Made by a program: the position numbers and the translations under genes. A stretch of DNA of 64,000 nucleotides from Alphaproteobacteria bacterium (GTDB lineage Bacteria; Pseudomonadota; Alphaproteobacteria; MPNO01; UBA830): NCBI GenBank assembly GCA_965243135.1, contig OZ251539.1:2624001-2688000 (forward strand), given 5' to 3'. Each line of letters opens with the position of its first letter. Within the stretch, counting starts at the first letter, position 1. This document shows, piece after piece, positions 1-9,063 of this stretch. Under the pieces are notes generated by a model. That model was not told where the DNA came from, ran no database searches, and saw only the letters and a program-made list of their open reading frames with translations.

Positions 1-804
1 GAAGGCGTCGAGCGTCACGGGATTTCTTCGGTTTTCCTCGTGCCGGTGCAGGCGCGCGATCTGCTGAAAGCGCCGGAGGCGGACCTTCGGCGGTTGCGCT
101 CGCTGCGCAACGTCGGCGCCGGCGGCGCGGCGACCTCGCCCGGCCTGATCGCCGACTTCGGAAGCGCCCTGCCCCATTGCGACTACACCGATCACTACGG
201 CCAGTCCGAAACGGGACCGCTGACCATCCTCAAGCCCTGGGAAGCTTCGGAGCGTCCGGGCTCGATCGGCCGGCCGGCCGTCGGCGTGGACTTGCGCATC
301 GTCGACGAGGCCGGCGAACCCGTGCCGCCGGGAACCGTGGGAGAGATCGCTGTGCGCGGCCCGTTTCTGATGGACGGGTATTTCGAGAACGAAGAGGAGA
401 CCTCCCGCTACTTCCGCAAGGGAGACGGCTGGGGATGGTCGGGCGATCTGGCCGTCGCGGACGAAGACGGCTTCGTCACGCTCGCCGGCCGATCGAAGGA
501 AATGATCGTTTCCGGCGCGCTCAACATCTACCCGCGCGAACTCGAGATCGCCCTCGAAAGTCATCCGGAGGTCGAGGAATGCGCCGTGTTCGGCGTTCCG
601 GACGATCGCTGGGGCGAGACGCCGATTGCCTGCGTCGTCCGCAACGGCGAGGTTTCCCCGGCGGATCTGGTCGACCATTGCGCCGCCCGCCTCGCCCGCT
701 ACAAGCGGCCCAGGGAAATCGTGTTCGTCGACGACATCCCGAAGACGCCCTCGGGCAAGGTCCAGAAGCCGCTGCTGCGCGGCGCCTATCTCGGAAGGCA
801 ATGA
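1..804 (+). CDS. AMP-binding acyl-CoA synthetase/ligase, 5'-truncated by window edge
   Basis: Frame is open from base 1. ANL-family motifs YGQSE, SGDL, GRSKEMI, NIYPRELE and PKTPSGKVQK. Confidence 0.9.
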   Translation, partial: EGVERHGISSVFLVPVQARDLLKAPEADLRRLRSLRNVGAGGAATSPGLIADFGSALPHCDYTDHYGQSETGPLTILKPWEASERPGSIGRPAVGVDLRIVDEAGEPVPPGTVGEIAVRGPFLMDGYFENEEETSRYFRKGDGWGWSGDLAVADEDGFVTLAGRSKEMIVSGALNIYPRELEIALESHPEVEECAVFGVPDDRWGETPIACVVRNGEVSPADLVDHCAARLARYKRPREIVFVDDIPKTPSGKVQKPLLRGAYLGRQ

Positions 805-982
805 AGAGACGCGGGCGGGCGGCCTGGCGGAGATCCGGCGGCGCGGCACCCGCCGCGGCGGGACCGCTCCCTGCGCGAAAGGAGGGGAGGGACCGGCCGA
901 ACTCGCCGAGCGGCCGTCGCCAGGGCGCGGACCCGCGGTTGCGAAGCCTCCGCCCCGGCGGCGAGGAAAACGGAAAACGGCC

Positions 983-2098
983 GTGCTCGACCCCGGCAGT
1001 CTGAATCTCCTCCGGAGAGAGATCGGCCGGCAGATAACCGAGGACGCGCAGGTCCTCGCGCAGTTGCGCGAGGAGATCCGTCCCCTCGCCCGGGAAACGC
1101 GGCGCATTTCTCCCCGCTCGTCCGCTTCCATCTCGCTCGTCGCCGCCGACGGCGGCAACAACGAACTGCGCTTCGATCCGTTCCTGGTGCAACTCGTCCG
1201 GGTCGTCGACAGCAGCAACAACGAACACTGTCTGGAAGCGGTTTCTCCCACGATGAGCGTATCCGCGCTTTCCGCTCGCCAGTTCGGAGAACGCCCGACG
1301 GCGCTCGGACGCATGATGCGCTATCTCGGGGTCGAGAGCCTGCCGCAACTCAGCCACATGATCCGCCCCGACCGCGGCGGAAATCCCTCCCGATGGGTGG
1401 AGGCCTACCGCGAACTCGTGGAATGGGCGATTCTCTTCGCCATCGTGCGCGAGAAGGATTTCGCCACCGACACGCTGATCGTCTTCGACGGGCTGCTGCG
1501 CAGCGTGGTCTTCGCCGACCGGCTGTTCCGCCGGTATCGCGAAGGCATTCAGGAGGGCATCGATCGCCAGTTCAGGACCAGCCGGCGGCGCCTCTACCTC
1601 GTCGGGATCGCGAAGAACAGCAAGGTGCTCTCCCGCTACCGTCTGGCGATGGCGCTCGAAGGGGTCCTGCAGTCGCCCTTTCCCTGCTACGCGGAAATCC
1701 CGCGGGAACTGGAGGAAAAAGCCTACGCCAGAACCGAATACGCCCGCGGCGACGATCGCGTCGCCGCGGGCGAGCCGCCGAACAGGTTCGTGGCCGGCAA
1801 GATGTTTTTCGTCAAGTTCGGCAGCGGCCCGCGGGATCCGGTCTGGCCGATCGACGTCTTCTCGTCCCAGATCGGGGATCACGCCGCGATCTTCGGGCAT
1901 CTGCTCAACGACGCCGTGGAAGGCTTTCCGGTCGGACTGTATCCGAAGTCCCTGCAGAAGGCGCACGAAAACGCGGCGCTGGCGCGGTTCGACATGGACA
2001 TTCTCCAGGACATGATCTTCAGCGGCTTGCGCGACGCCCTCGAAGCCGAAGCGACCGCGCTCGACGCCTTCCGCCTGCAGGACGCGCGCGGGCGCTGA
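983..2098 (+). CDS. NurA-like 5'-3' nuclease (RNase H-like fold)
   Basis: Probable GTG start at 983. Motifs LVAADGG, LIVFDGLL, LVGIAKNS and YPKSLQKAHE match the NurA pattern. Ends 3 bp before the HerA-like gene. Confidence 0.75.
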   Translation: MLDPGSLNLLRREIGRQITEDAQVLAQLREEIRPLARETRRISPRSSASISLVAADGGNNELRFDPFLVQLVRVVDSSNNEHCLEAVSPTMSVSALSARQFGERPTALGRMMRYLGVESLPQLSHMIRPDRGGNPSRWVEAYRELVEWAILFAIVREKDFATDTLIVFDGLLRSVVFADRLFRRYREGIQEGIDRQFRTSRRRLYLVGIAKNSKVLSRYRLAMALEGVLQSPFPCYAEIPRELEEKAYARTEYARGDDRVAAGEPPNRFVAGKMFFVKFGSGPRDPVWPIDVFSSQIGDHAAIFGHLLNDAVEGFPVGLYPKSLQKAHENAALARFDMDILQDMIFSGLRDALEAEATALDAFRLQDARGR

Positions 2099-2101
2099 CG
2101 C

Positions 2102-4213
2102 ATGAACCTGTTTCCGAGAGAGCAGGTGGTCGGCGTGTTTCGCGGCTTTCGCGAAGGCGGCCTCGAATTCCATGCCGATCTCGCGCTGCCGTATCGAAAC
2201 GATTTCCAGCGCAGTCCGATGCACGGCCAGTTCGTTCTCGTTCAACTCGAGACGCCGGACGAGGCCGTTCTCGGACGCATCGCCTCGTTCTCCTCCGAGG
2301 GCAGGCTCTCCTTCGGCAGCGGGGAGGAATACAACATCCGCGCGGTTCAGGAGCAGCGCCAGATACCCGAAGATCTTCGCGAGCAATATCTCCGGTACCG
2401 CGTCGACATCCGCATTCTCGGGATCATGCGGAAAGGTCCCGGCGGGCGCCCGACCTTCGTGCCCTCCCACCGCCGGCTGCCGCACGTCGGCAGCGCCGTC
2501 GCGTTTCCCTCGCCGGAGGTTCTCAGGGAAATCTGCGGACACAACGTCGAAGGCGCGGCGATCGGCCATTTCGCGCTCGGCGAGTACATCTACGCCGGGA
2601 ACGACCCGAAGGCGCAGGACTGGATGCGCATCGAATCTCCCGAGATCGACATCCGCTTTCCCGTTTCGAGTCTCGTCGCGCGCCGCAGCTTCGTCTTCGC
2701 GCGGGCGGGCTTCGGCAAATCCAATCTGAACAAGCTGCTGTTCAGCAAGTTGTACGAGGAGACGCCGACGGTCGAGAAGCGCGGCGGAAGAAAGGTCCCG
2801 GTGGGCACGGTCATCTTCGATCCGGACGGAGAGTATTTCTGGCCGGACGACAAGGGGCGCCCCGGGCTGTGCGACGTGGAGCATCTTCGGGACAAGCTAG
2901 TCGTCTTCACCGCCCGGCAGGCTCCGAGCGAGTTCTACGCCTCCTTTACGGCGGGCGGGATAAAGCTGGATCTCCGGCAGCTTCGCGCCGGCGACGTCAT
3001 CTCGGTCGTTCTTTCGCCGGAGCGCCAGGACCAGCAGAACGTCGCCAAGCTGCGCTCTCTTTCGCCGTCGAACTGGTCCCGGCTCGTCGACCTCGTCGAC
3101 CGCGACAGGGGAGGCGCGGATCCGGCGGAAATCGCCGAGATCCTGAACCTGTCGATGCCCGCCCAAGAAGCGGAAGCGATCGCGGCGCGCTCCAACATGG
3201 CGAATGTCGTCGGGATGCTGCACGACCGCAGCAGCCAGTTCATGGCCCTGCTGGTCAAGGCGCTGGAAGCCGGAAGGATATGCGTCGTCGACGTCTCGCA
3301 GATGCGCGGCGCGCAGGCATTCGCGCTCGCGGGCCTCGTGCTTCGCCGGATCTTCGACCGCAATCAGGAAGAGTTCACGAAGGCGAACCCGCGAACCGTT
3401 CCGACGATCGCCGTGATCGAGGAGGCGCAGTCGGTTCTGAACGAACGCGCCGCCGCCGCGGAACCCTACATCGCCTGGGTCAAGGAGGGCCGCAAGTACG
3501 ATCTCGGCGCCCTTTTGATCACGCAGCAGCCCGGCGCGATACCCGCCGAAATTCTGAGTCAGGGAGACAACTGGTTCATATTCCATCTGCTGTCGGCGCA
3601 CGACCTGACGGGCCTGAAGAGGGCGAACGCGCATTTCAGCGACGACCTGCTCAGCTCGCTGTTGAACGAGCCGATCCCGGGCCAGGGCGTCTTCTGGAGT
3701 TCGGTCGGCGGCAAGCCCTACCCGGTTCCGGTCCGCGCCGCCCTCTTCGAAGCTCTCTACGAATGCGCCGACCCGTCGTATTCCCGGAAGGAGGTGCGAA
3801 CTTTCGCGACCGAGCTCAAGCGAAACATGAACAGCCTCATCCGGCAAGCCAGGGCGCTGTCGACGGAGCCGGACGAAGCGCCGAAGCCGGACGGAGAGCG
3901 GTCGGTCGACGACGAGCCGCCCGATCTGGAGCCGCTGTACCGAAGGCTCGCTCGCGACGCGGTCGCCGAGAACCGTCAATTGGTCGCCGAGTTGAAGGGC
4001 GACGGCGCTCCGTGGGGGGTCGTGGTCGGGGCCATCGCGAACGCCCTGTCCGGCAAGCTCGATCGTCCCGGCGACAAGGCCCATCAGCTGGTCGCGCCGA
4101 CGATCGAAGCGCTCCTCGGGAAACGAGACGAAGGCTGGCATACGTTCAGGCGGGGTCAGAGAAATACCCTGTTCATCCGGTCCGGTTCCCGAACCGACGA
4201 AAACCAAACGTGA
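2102..4213 (+). CDS. HerA/FtsK-like ATPase (DUF87) with N-terminal HAS-barrel-like region
   Basis: Walker A FARAGFGKS, IFDPDGEY, Walker B VIEEAQ, arginine finger KEGRKY and LITQQP. Confidence 0.85.
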   Translation: MNLFPREQVVGVFRGFREGGLEFHADLALPYRNDFQRSPMHGQFVLVQLETPDEAVLGRIASFSSEGRLSFGSGEEYNIRAVQEQRQIPEDLREQYLRYRVDIRILGIMRKGPGGRPTFVPSHRRLPHVGSAVAFPSPEVLREICGHNVEGAAIGHFALGEYIYAGNDPKAQDWMRIESPEIDIRFPVSSLVARRSFVFARAGFGKSNLNKLLFSKLYEETPTVEKRGGRKVPVGTVIFDPDGEYFWPDDKGRPGLCDVEHLRDKLVVFTARQAPSEFYASFTAGGIKLDLRQLRAGDVISVVLSPERQDQQNVAKLRSLSPSNWSRLVDLVDRDRGGADPAEIAEILNLSMPAQEAEAIAARSNMANVVGMLHDRSSQFMALLVKALEAGRICVVDVSQMRGAQAFALAGLVLRRIFDRNQEEFTKANPRTVPTIAVIEEAQSVLNERAAAAEPYIAWVKEGRKYDLGALLITQQPGAIPAEILSQGDNWFIFHLLSAHDLTGLKRANAHFSDDLLSSLLNEPIPGQGVFWSSVGGKPYPVPVRAALFEALYECADPSYSRKEVRTFATELKRNMNSLIRQARALSTEPDEAPKPDGERSVDDEPPDLEPLYRRLARDAVAENRQLVAELKGDGAPWGVVVGAIANALSGKLDRPGDKAHQLVAPTIEALLGKRDEGWHTFRRGQRNTLFIRSGSRTDENQT

Positions 4214-4496
4214 CGCTGGAAGTCGCCGGGCTTTCGGCGCTTTTTCCGAGGAAATCTTTCTGCGGGACGGCGCAGGCCTTTCACGTGGAACGCAAGGACG
4301 CGCGGCTCGCTTCGCAAGCCCGGCATTGCCGCGGAACGACTTCGTCGCCGACCCAGCTTACGTCTGGACCCACAGGCAGGGAGGCGCCGGGCCGAGGCCA
4401 AACCTCCCGTTCCGCTTGAACCTGGCTCGCCCCGCCCGGACGAAGCGGTCTGACTTGCGGATCCACTAGCATCGACCTCCTGGAGGTGGTTCGACC

Positions 4497-6044
4497 ATGC
4501 GCTTCAATACGGCAGGACCCATCGTGCCGGCGGACCATTATTGCATCCCGCCGCTCGCGCGCCTCGATCTCGAAGATCTCCTGCTTCTCATTCAACAGAA
4601 GAAGTATTTCGTGCTGCACGCTCCCCGGCAGACGGGCAAGACGTCCGTCCTGCTGGCGCTGCAGGATCTGCTCAATGAAAGCGGCGACTACCGTTGCGTC
4701 TACGTGAACGTCGAGGCCGCCCAAGTCGGGCGGGAAGACACCGGGCGGTCGATGCGGACGATTCTCGGACGGTTGGCGTCGCAGGCCCGACACGCTCTGC
4801 GGGATGACTTCGTCGCCGGCCTCTGGTCCGGCGCGCTGGCGGAATACGGTCCCGAAGGCGCGCTCAAGGAGGTTCTGATGCGCTGGGCCGAAGCGGACCC
4901 GAAGCCCCTGGTTCTGCTTATCGACGAGATCAACGCGCTGGTCGGCGACACGCTGCTGTCGGTGCTGCGCCAGTTGCGGGCAGGTTACTACATGCGTCCC
5001 AAGAGCTTTCCTCAAGGCGTCGTTTTGTGCGGCCTGCGCGACGTGCGGGACTACCGGATTCGATCGGCAACGGACAACGCCGTCGTCGCCGGAGGCAGCG
5101 CCTTCAACGTCAAGGCCGCGTCGCTGCGGTTGGGAGACTTCTCGCGGGACGAGACGCTCGCCCTGCTGGGGCAGCACGCCGCCGAGACCGGGCAGGCGTT
5201 CGCGGAGGAGGCGTCCGATCTGATCTGGGAGCAGACCCGGGGACAGCCCTGGCTGGTGAACGCGCTGGCCTACGAGACCTGCCGCGCCGTCCGGGACCGG
5301 GCCATTGCGGCGGACGACGTCGCGGCGGCGCGGGAAGCGCTGATCGTGCGCCGCGAGACCCATCTCGACATCTTGGCGGACAAGTTGCGGGAGGAGCGGG
5401 TGCGGCGGGTGATCGAGCCGCTCCTGAGCGGCAGCGAGTGCACCCGCGGCAGCGAGCGCGACGTGGAATACGCGCGGGATCTGGGGTTGCTTGCACGGGA
5501 CGCGCCGTTGCGCATCGCCAACCCGGTCTACGCCGAGGTCGTTCCGCGGGAACTGACCTGGATCGTGCAGGAGGAGCTCGATCAGGACATGGCGCAGTAC
5601 GTCGACGCCGGGGGCCGCCTCGACGTGGAGGGGCTCATGGCGGCGTTCCAGACGTTCTTCCGCGAGAATTCGGAGCACTGGAGGCAGCGCTTCGATTATC
5701 AGGAGGCGTGCCCGCAGCTCCTGTTGCAAGCGTTCCTGCAAGGGGTGGTCAACGGCGGCGGTCGCATCGAGCGGGAGTTCGGGCTGGGCCGGCGGCGCGT
5801 CGATCTGTTGATCCTCTGGACGCAGGGCGGCAGCGCGCAAAGATTCGTGGTCGAGTGCAAGGTGCTGCGGAAGGATCTGGATGCGACGATCTCCGAAGGT
5901 CTGAAACAGATCTCGGACTACATGGACGGCTGCGCGGCGGAGGCGGGCCACCTGGTGATCTTCGACCGCGACGAGAAGAAGAGCTGGGACGAGAAGATCT
6001 TCCGCCGCAATCCGAAACCGAACGTCGAGGTCTGGGGCATGTAG
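4497..6044 (+). CDS. P-loop ATPase with C-terminal PD-(D/E)XK-like nuclease domain
   Basis: FNTAGP start, Walker A APRQTGKT, Walker B LLIDE, GGSAFNVK, and C-terminal EREF..RVDL..FVVECK..QI..Y. GGAGGT RBS upstream. Confidence 0.85.
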   Translation: MRFNTAGPIVPADHYCIPPLARLDLEDLLLLIQQKKYFVLHAPRQTGKTSVLLALQDLLNESGDYRCVYVNVEAAQVGREDTGRSMRTILGRLASQARHALRDDFVAGLWSGALAEYGPEGALKEVLMRWAEADPKPLVLLIDEINALVGDTLLSVLRQLRAGYYMRPKSFPQGVVLCGLRDVRDYRIRSATDNAVVAGGSAFNVKAASLRLGDFSRDETLALLGQHAAETGQAFAEEASDLIWEQTRGQPWLVNALAYETCRAVRDRAIAADDVAAAREALIVRRETHLDILADKLREERVRRVIEPLLSGSECTRGSERDVEYARDLGLLARDAPLRIANPVYAEVVPRELTWIVQEELDQDMAQYVDAGGRLDVEGLMAAFQTFFRENSEHWRQRFDYQEACPQLLLQAFLQGVVNGGGRIEREFGLGRRRVDLLILWTQGGSAQRFVVECKVLRKDLDATISEGLKQISDYMDGCAAEAGHLVIFDRDEKKSWDEKIFRRNPKPNVEVWGM

Positions 6045-6169
6045 CCCTGAACGCCCAACGATAGCCGTCGGTCAACGGTCGACATTTGGAATCGCTCGCC
6101 AGCCGAACCGTCGATGTGCGCATGGCTGCCGCTGCCCGGACCCTGAATTTCTCCGACGTTCCTTGCCGT

Positions 6170-6340
6170 ATCCGCGCGCCGGACGCCGATTTGCGCGCGG
6201 ACGCCCGGGGCACTTATCCGCCCACGCCTCCGCAAGATCTCCGTCACCGTGGATCTCCTTCGCCCTGCTCCACAGGTGCTGTTTCGCATGGAACGGGGGC
6301 GGCGTCGGGGAACGGTTCGTCGGCGATGTTCCCGGAAATT
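6170..6340 (-). pseudogene. Possible IS481-like transposase scrap
   Basis: Broken frames give RRPRS / HLWSRAKEIH / STVTEILRRRGRI, reminiscent of the IS481 HTH region. Highly degraded. Confidence 0.3.
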
Positions 6341-6373
6341 CCGGGCTGTCTCGAAAAGTTGCGAAAACGCTGT

Positions 6374-6465
6374 TGGCGGAGGGAGTGGGATTCGAACCCA
6401 CGATACGGGGTGTACCGTATACACGCTTTCCAAGCGTGCGCCTTCAGCCGCTCGGCCATCCCTCC
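6374..6465 (-). tRNA. tRNA-Ser(GGA)
   Basis: Reverse complement reads GGAGGGATGGCCGAGCGGCTGAAGGCGCACGCTT-GGA-AAGCGTG, long variable arm, GGTTCGAATCC and an encoded CCA end. Confidence 0.97.
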
Positions 6466-6474
6466 GTACGACGA

Positions 6475-6503
6475 ATAATGCCCGAATTCCCTCGGTCCGG
6501 CAA
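6475..6503 (-). promoter_or_regulatory. sigma70-type promoter of tRNA-Ser
   Basis: TTGCCG-N17-CATTAT, ending 9 bp upstream of the tRNA. Confidence 0.55.
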
Positions 6504-6859
6504 GCGAAAGGCGAAGAATTGCCGGTCGCGGAAAGCCGAATATCCCAGGGCGAAACCGCGCTTGCGCAGCCGAGGGCTGCCGCCGGTTCGCGCTGTCCGC
6601 TTTCGAAAGGGAAAGACAGGACGGCTTCGCCTTCCCGCGAACCGACGCGGAAACGGCAGGCGGCCGAACCTTTTGCCCGCGGAATCCCGCAACCGCAGCG
6701 CGGAGAGGAGCGAGCCCGCCGTCCCGGCCCGGGAAACGCGGGTGCGCGGGTTGACACGTCGACAGGGAGCGGTTTCTTGATTGATTCTTCGAAATATCGT
6801 CGCAACTGCATTTGGATCTTTCTTTTCGGGCGCGGAGAGGCTATATTCGGGTCGAAATT

Positions 6860-7186
6860 ATGAAAACTTTACGCTTGATCGCTTGGGTTTTGCTGGGTCT
6901 GTCCTTCCTGCTGGTTGGCCACGAGGGGCTTAACGCGCTTGAAGGAGAACCTTATCGCCTGATACCCCTCGGCGAATGGTGGTTCCGTATCGATCAAACT
7001 ATCGGAACCGCGTCGCTCAACCTCTTGCAGGCGACGATCCAGCGCCATATCTGGCCTTGGCTGTGGGACGCCGTTATCCAGAACGTTCTGTCCGCGCCGT
7101 CCTGGATGGTGTTCGGCATTATCGGAATGCTGCTGATGTGGGTCGGCCGGAGCCGCAGCCGTCGGACCCTCACGTTCCGGAGTTGA
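6860..7186 (+). CDS. Small membrane protein (two hydrophobic segments)
   Basis: ATG 6860. Hydrophobic N- and C-terminal helices, basic tail. Confidence 0.7.
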   Translation: MKTLRLIAWVLLGLSFLLVGHEGLNALEGEPYRLIPLGEWWFRIDQTIGTASLNLLQATIQRHIWPWLWDAVIQNVLSAPSWMVFGIIGMLLMWVGRSRSRRTLTFRS

Positions 7187-7240
7187 CGCCTGCCGCGGAA
7201 AAGCGCGGCGGAAACCGCCGGCTCGCCGCCGGAAACTTCG

Positions 7241-9037
7241 CTATTCGTCGCTTATCCGAAGCGCCTCGATGAACGCCGACTGCGGAATTTCCACGGCCCC
7301 GAACTGGCGCATGCGCTTCTTGCCCGCTTTCTGCCGGTCGAGCAGCTTGCGCTTTCGGCTGACGTCGCCGCCGTAGCATTTGGAGGTCACGTCCTTGCGC
7401 AGCGCCGAAATCGTCTCGCGCGCGACGATCTTGCCCCCGATCGCGGCCTGCAACGGAATCTTGAAGAGTTGCCGCGGTATCAAATCCTTGAGCTTTTGGC
7501 AGATGGCACGCCCGCGAAGCTCCGCCTGACTGCGATGCGTGATCATTGAAAGGGCGTCGACCGGTTCGCCGTTGACCAGAATGGAAAGCTTGACGAGATC
7601 GCCCTTCTCGTAGCCCACGACCTGATAGTCGAAGCTCGCGTAGCCGCGGCTGACGGACTTCAGGCGGTCGTAGAAATCGAACACGACCTCGTTGAGCGGC
7701 AAGTCGTAGACGACCATCGCCCGCCCGCCGGCGTAGGTCAGTTCGCGCTGGACGCCGCGACGCTCCTCGCAGAGCTTGAGAACCCCGCCCAGATACCCGT
7801 CCGGCGCCATGATCGTCGCCCGTATCCAGGGTTCCTCGATGTAGGCGACGCGAACGGGATCGGGCATGTCCGCGGGATTGTGCATTTCCGGAACGTCGCC
7901 GTCCGTCAGGTGAAGCCGGTACACCACGGAAGGCACGGTGGAAATCAGGTCGAGATCGAACTCGCGGTCCAGGCGCTGCTGCACGATCTCGAGATGCAGC
8001 AGCCCCAGGAAGCCGCAGCGAAACCCCTGGCCGAGCGCGGCCGAACTCTCCGGCTCGAAATGAAACGACGCATCGTTCAACCGAAGCTTGGCCAGATTGT
8101 CGCGAAGATCCTCGTAATCGTCGGCGTCCGTCGGGAAAAGGCCGCAAAACACCACGGGCACGCTGGGCTTGAATCCCGGCAGGGCCTCCGCAGCCGGACC
8201 GCGGTCGTCGGTGACGGTATCCCCCACCCGCGCATCGGCAACCGTCTTGATCGAGGCCGTGATGAATCCCACCTCGCCGGGGCCGAGTTCGTCGACGGGG
8301 CGGCGGGCGGGCGCGAAGACGCCCACCATGTCCACCTGGTGGGCCGCGCCGGTATCCATCATGCGAATCTTCATGCCCTTGCGGAGCGTTCCGTCGCGCA
8401 CGCGGACGAGCACGATGACGCCGAGATAGGCGTCGTACCAGGAATCCACGAGCAGCGCCTTCAGGGGCGCCTCCCTGTCGCCCTCGGGCGCCGGAAGGCG
8501 CTCCACGAGCGTTTCGAGAAGCTCGGTCACGCCCTCGCCCGTCTTCGCGGAAACGGCGAGCGCCCCGTCGAGGCCGACCACGTCTTCGATTTCCCGCCGG
8601 ATTCGCTCGGGCTCGGCCGCCGGGAGATCGATCTTGTTGAGAACGGGAATGATTTCGTGGTTGGCCTCGACGGCGAGATAGGCGTTGGCCAGGGTCTGCG
8701 CTTCCACGCCCTGGCTCGCGTCGACGATCAGCACGGAACCTTCGCAGGCGGCGAGCGACCGCGAAACCTCGTAGGTGAAGTCCACGTGTCCCGGCGTGTC
8801 CATGAGGTTGAGCTGATACGCTTCGCCGTCCGCGGCCTCGTAGTTCAGCCGCACCGTCTGCGCCTTGATGGTGATGCCGCGCTCGCGCTCCAGATCCATC
8901 GTGTCGAGCATCTGTTCCTTCAGATCCCGGGGGTCGACGCCGCCGCATCGCTGGATCAGGCGGTCCGCCAGCGTCGACTTGCCATGATCGATATGCGCGA
9001 TGATCGCGAAATTCCGGATTTGGCTGGGAGCCGTCAT
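7241..9037 (-). CDS. lepA: Translation elongation factor 4 (LepA)
   Basis: [28 protein letters not shown] and [14 protein letters not shown]. Start ATG at 9037. Confidence 0.98.
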   Translation of the reverse strand: MTAPSQIRNFAIIAHIDHGKSTLADRLIQRCGGVDPRDLKEQMLDTMDLERERGITIKAQTVRLNYEAADGEAYQLNLMDTPGHVDFTYEVSRSLAACEGSVLIVDASQGVEAQTLANAYLAVEANHEIIPVLNKIDLPAAEPERIRREIEDVVGLDGALAVSAKTGEGVTELLETLVERLPAPEGDREAPLKALLVDSWYDAYLGVIVLVRVRDGTLRKGMKIRMMDTGAAHQVDMVGVFAPARRPVDELGPGEVGFITASIKTVADARVGDTVTDDRGPAAEALPGFKPSVPVVFCGLFPTDADDYEDLRDNLAKLRLNDASFHFEPESSAALGQGFRCGFLGLLHLEIVQQRLDREFDLDLISTVPSVVYRLHLTDGDVPEMHNPADMPDPVRVAYIEEPWIRATIMAPDGYLGGVLKLCEERRGVQRELTYAGGRAMVVYDLPLNEVVFDFYDRLKSVSRGYASFDYQVVGYEKGDLVKLSILVNGEPVDALSMITHRSQAELRGRAICQKLKDLIPRQLFKIPLQAAIGGKIVARETISALRKDVTSKCYGGDVSRKRKLLDRQKAGKKRMRQFGAVEIPQSAFIEALRISDE

Positions 9038-9063
9038 GCCGCGTCTGCTCTCCGTGCGGGCAG

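Noticed and set aside
825-832. TGGCGGAG as attL/attR of a tRNA-Ser island
   Set aside because: Only 8 bp, GC-rich and present elsewhere (e.g. 45833). Not sufficient as a feature.
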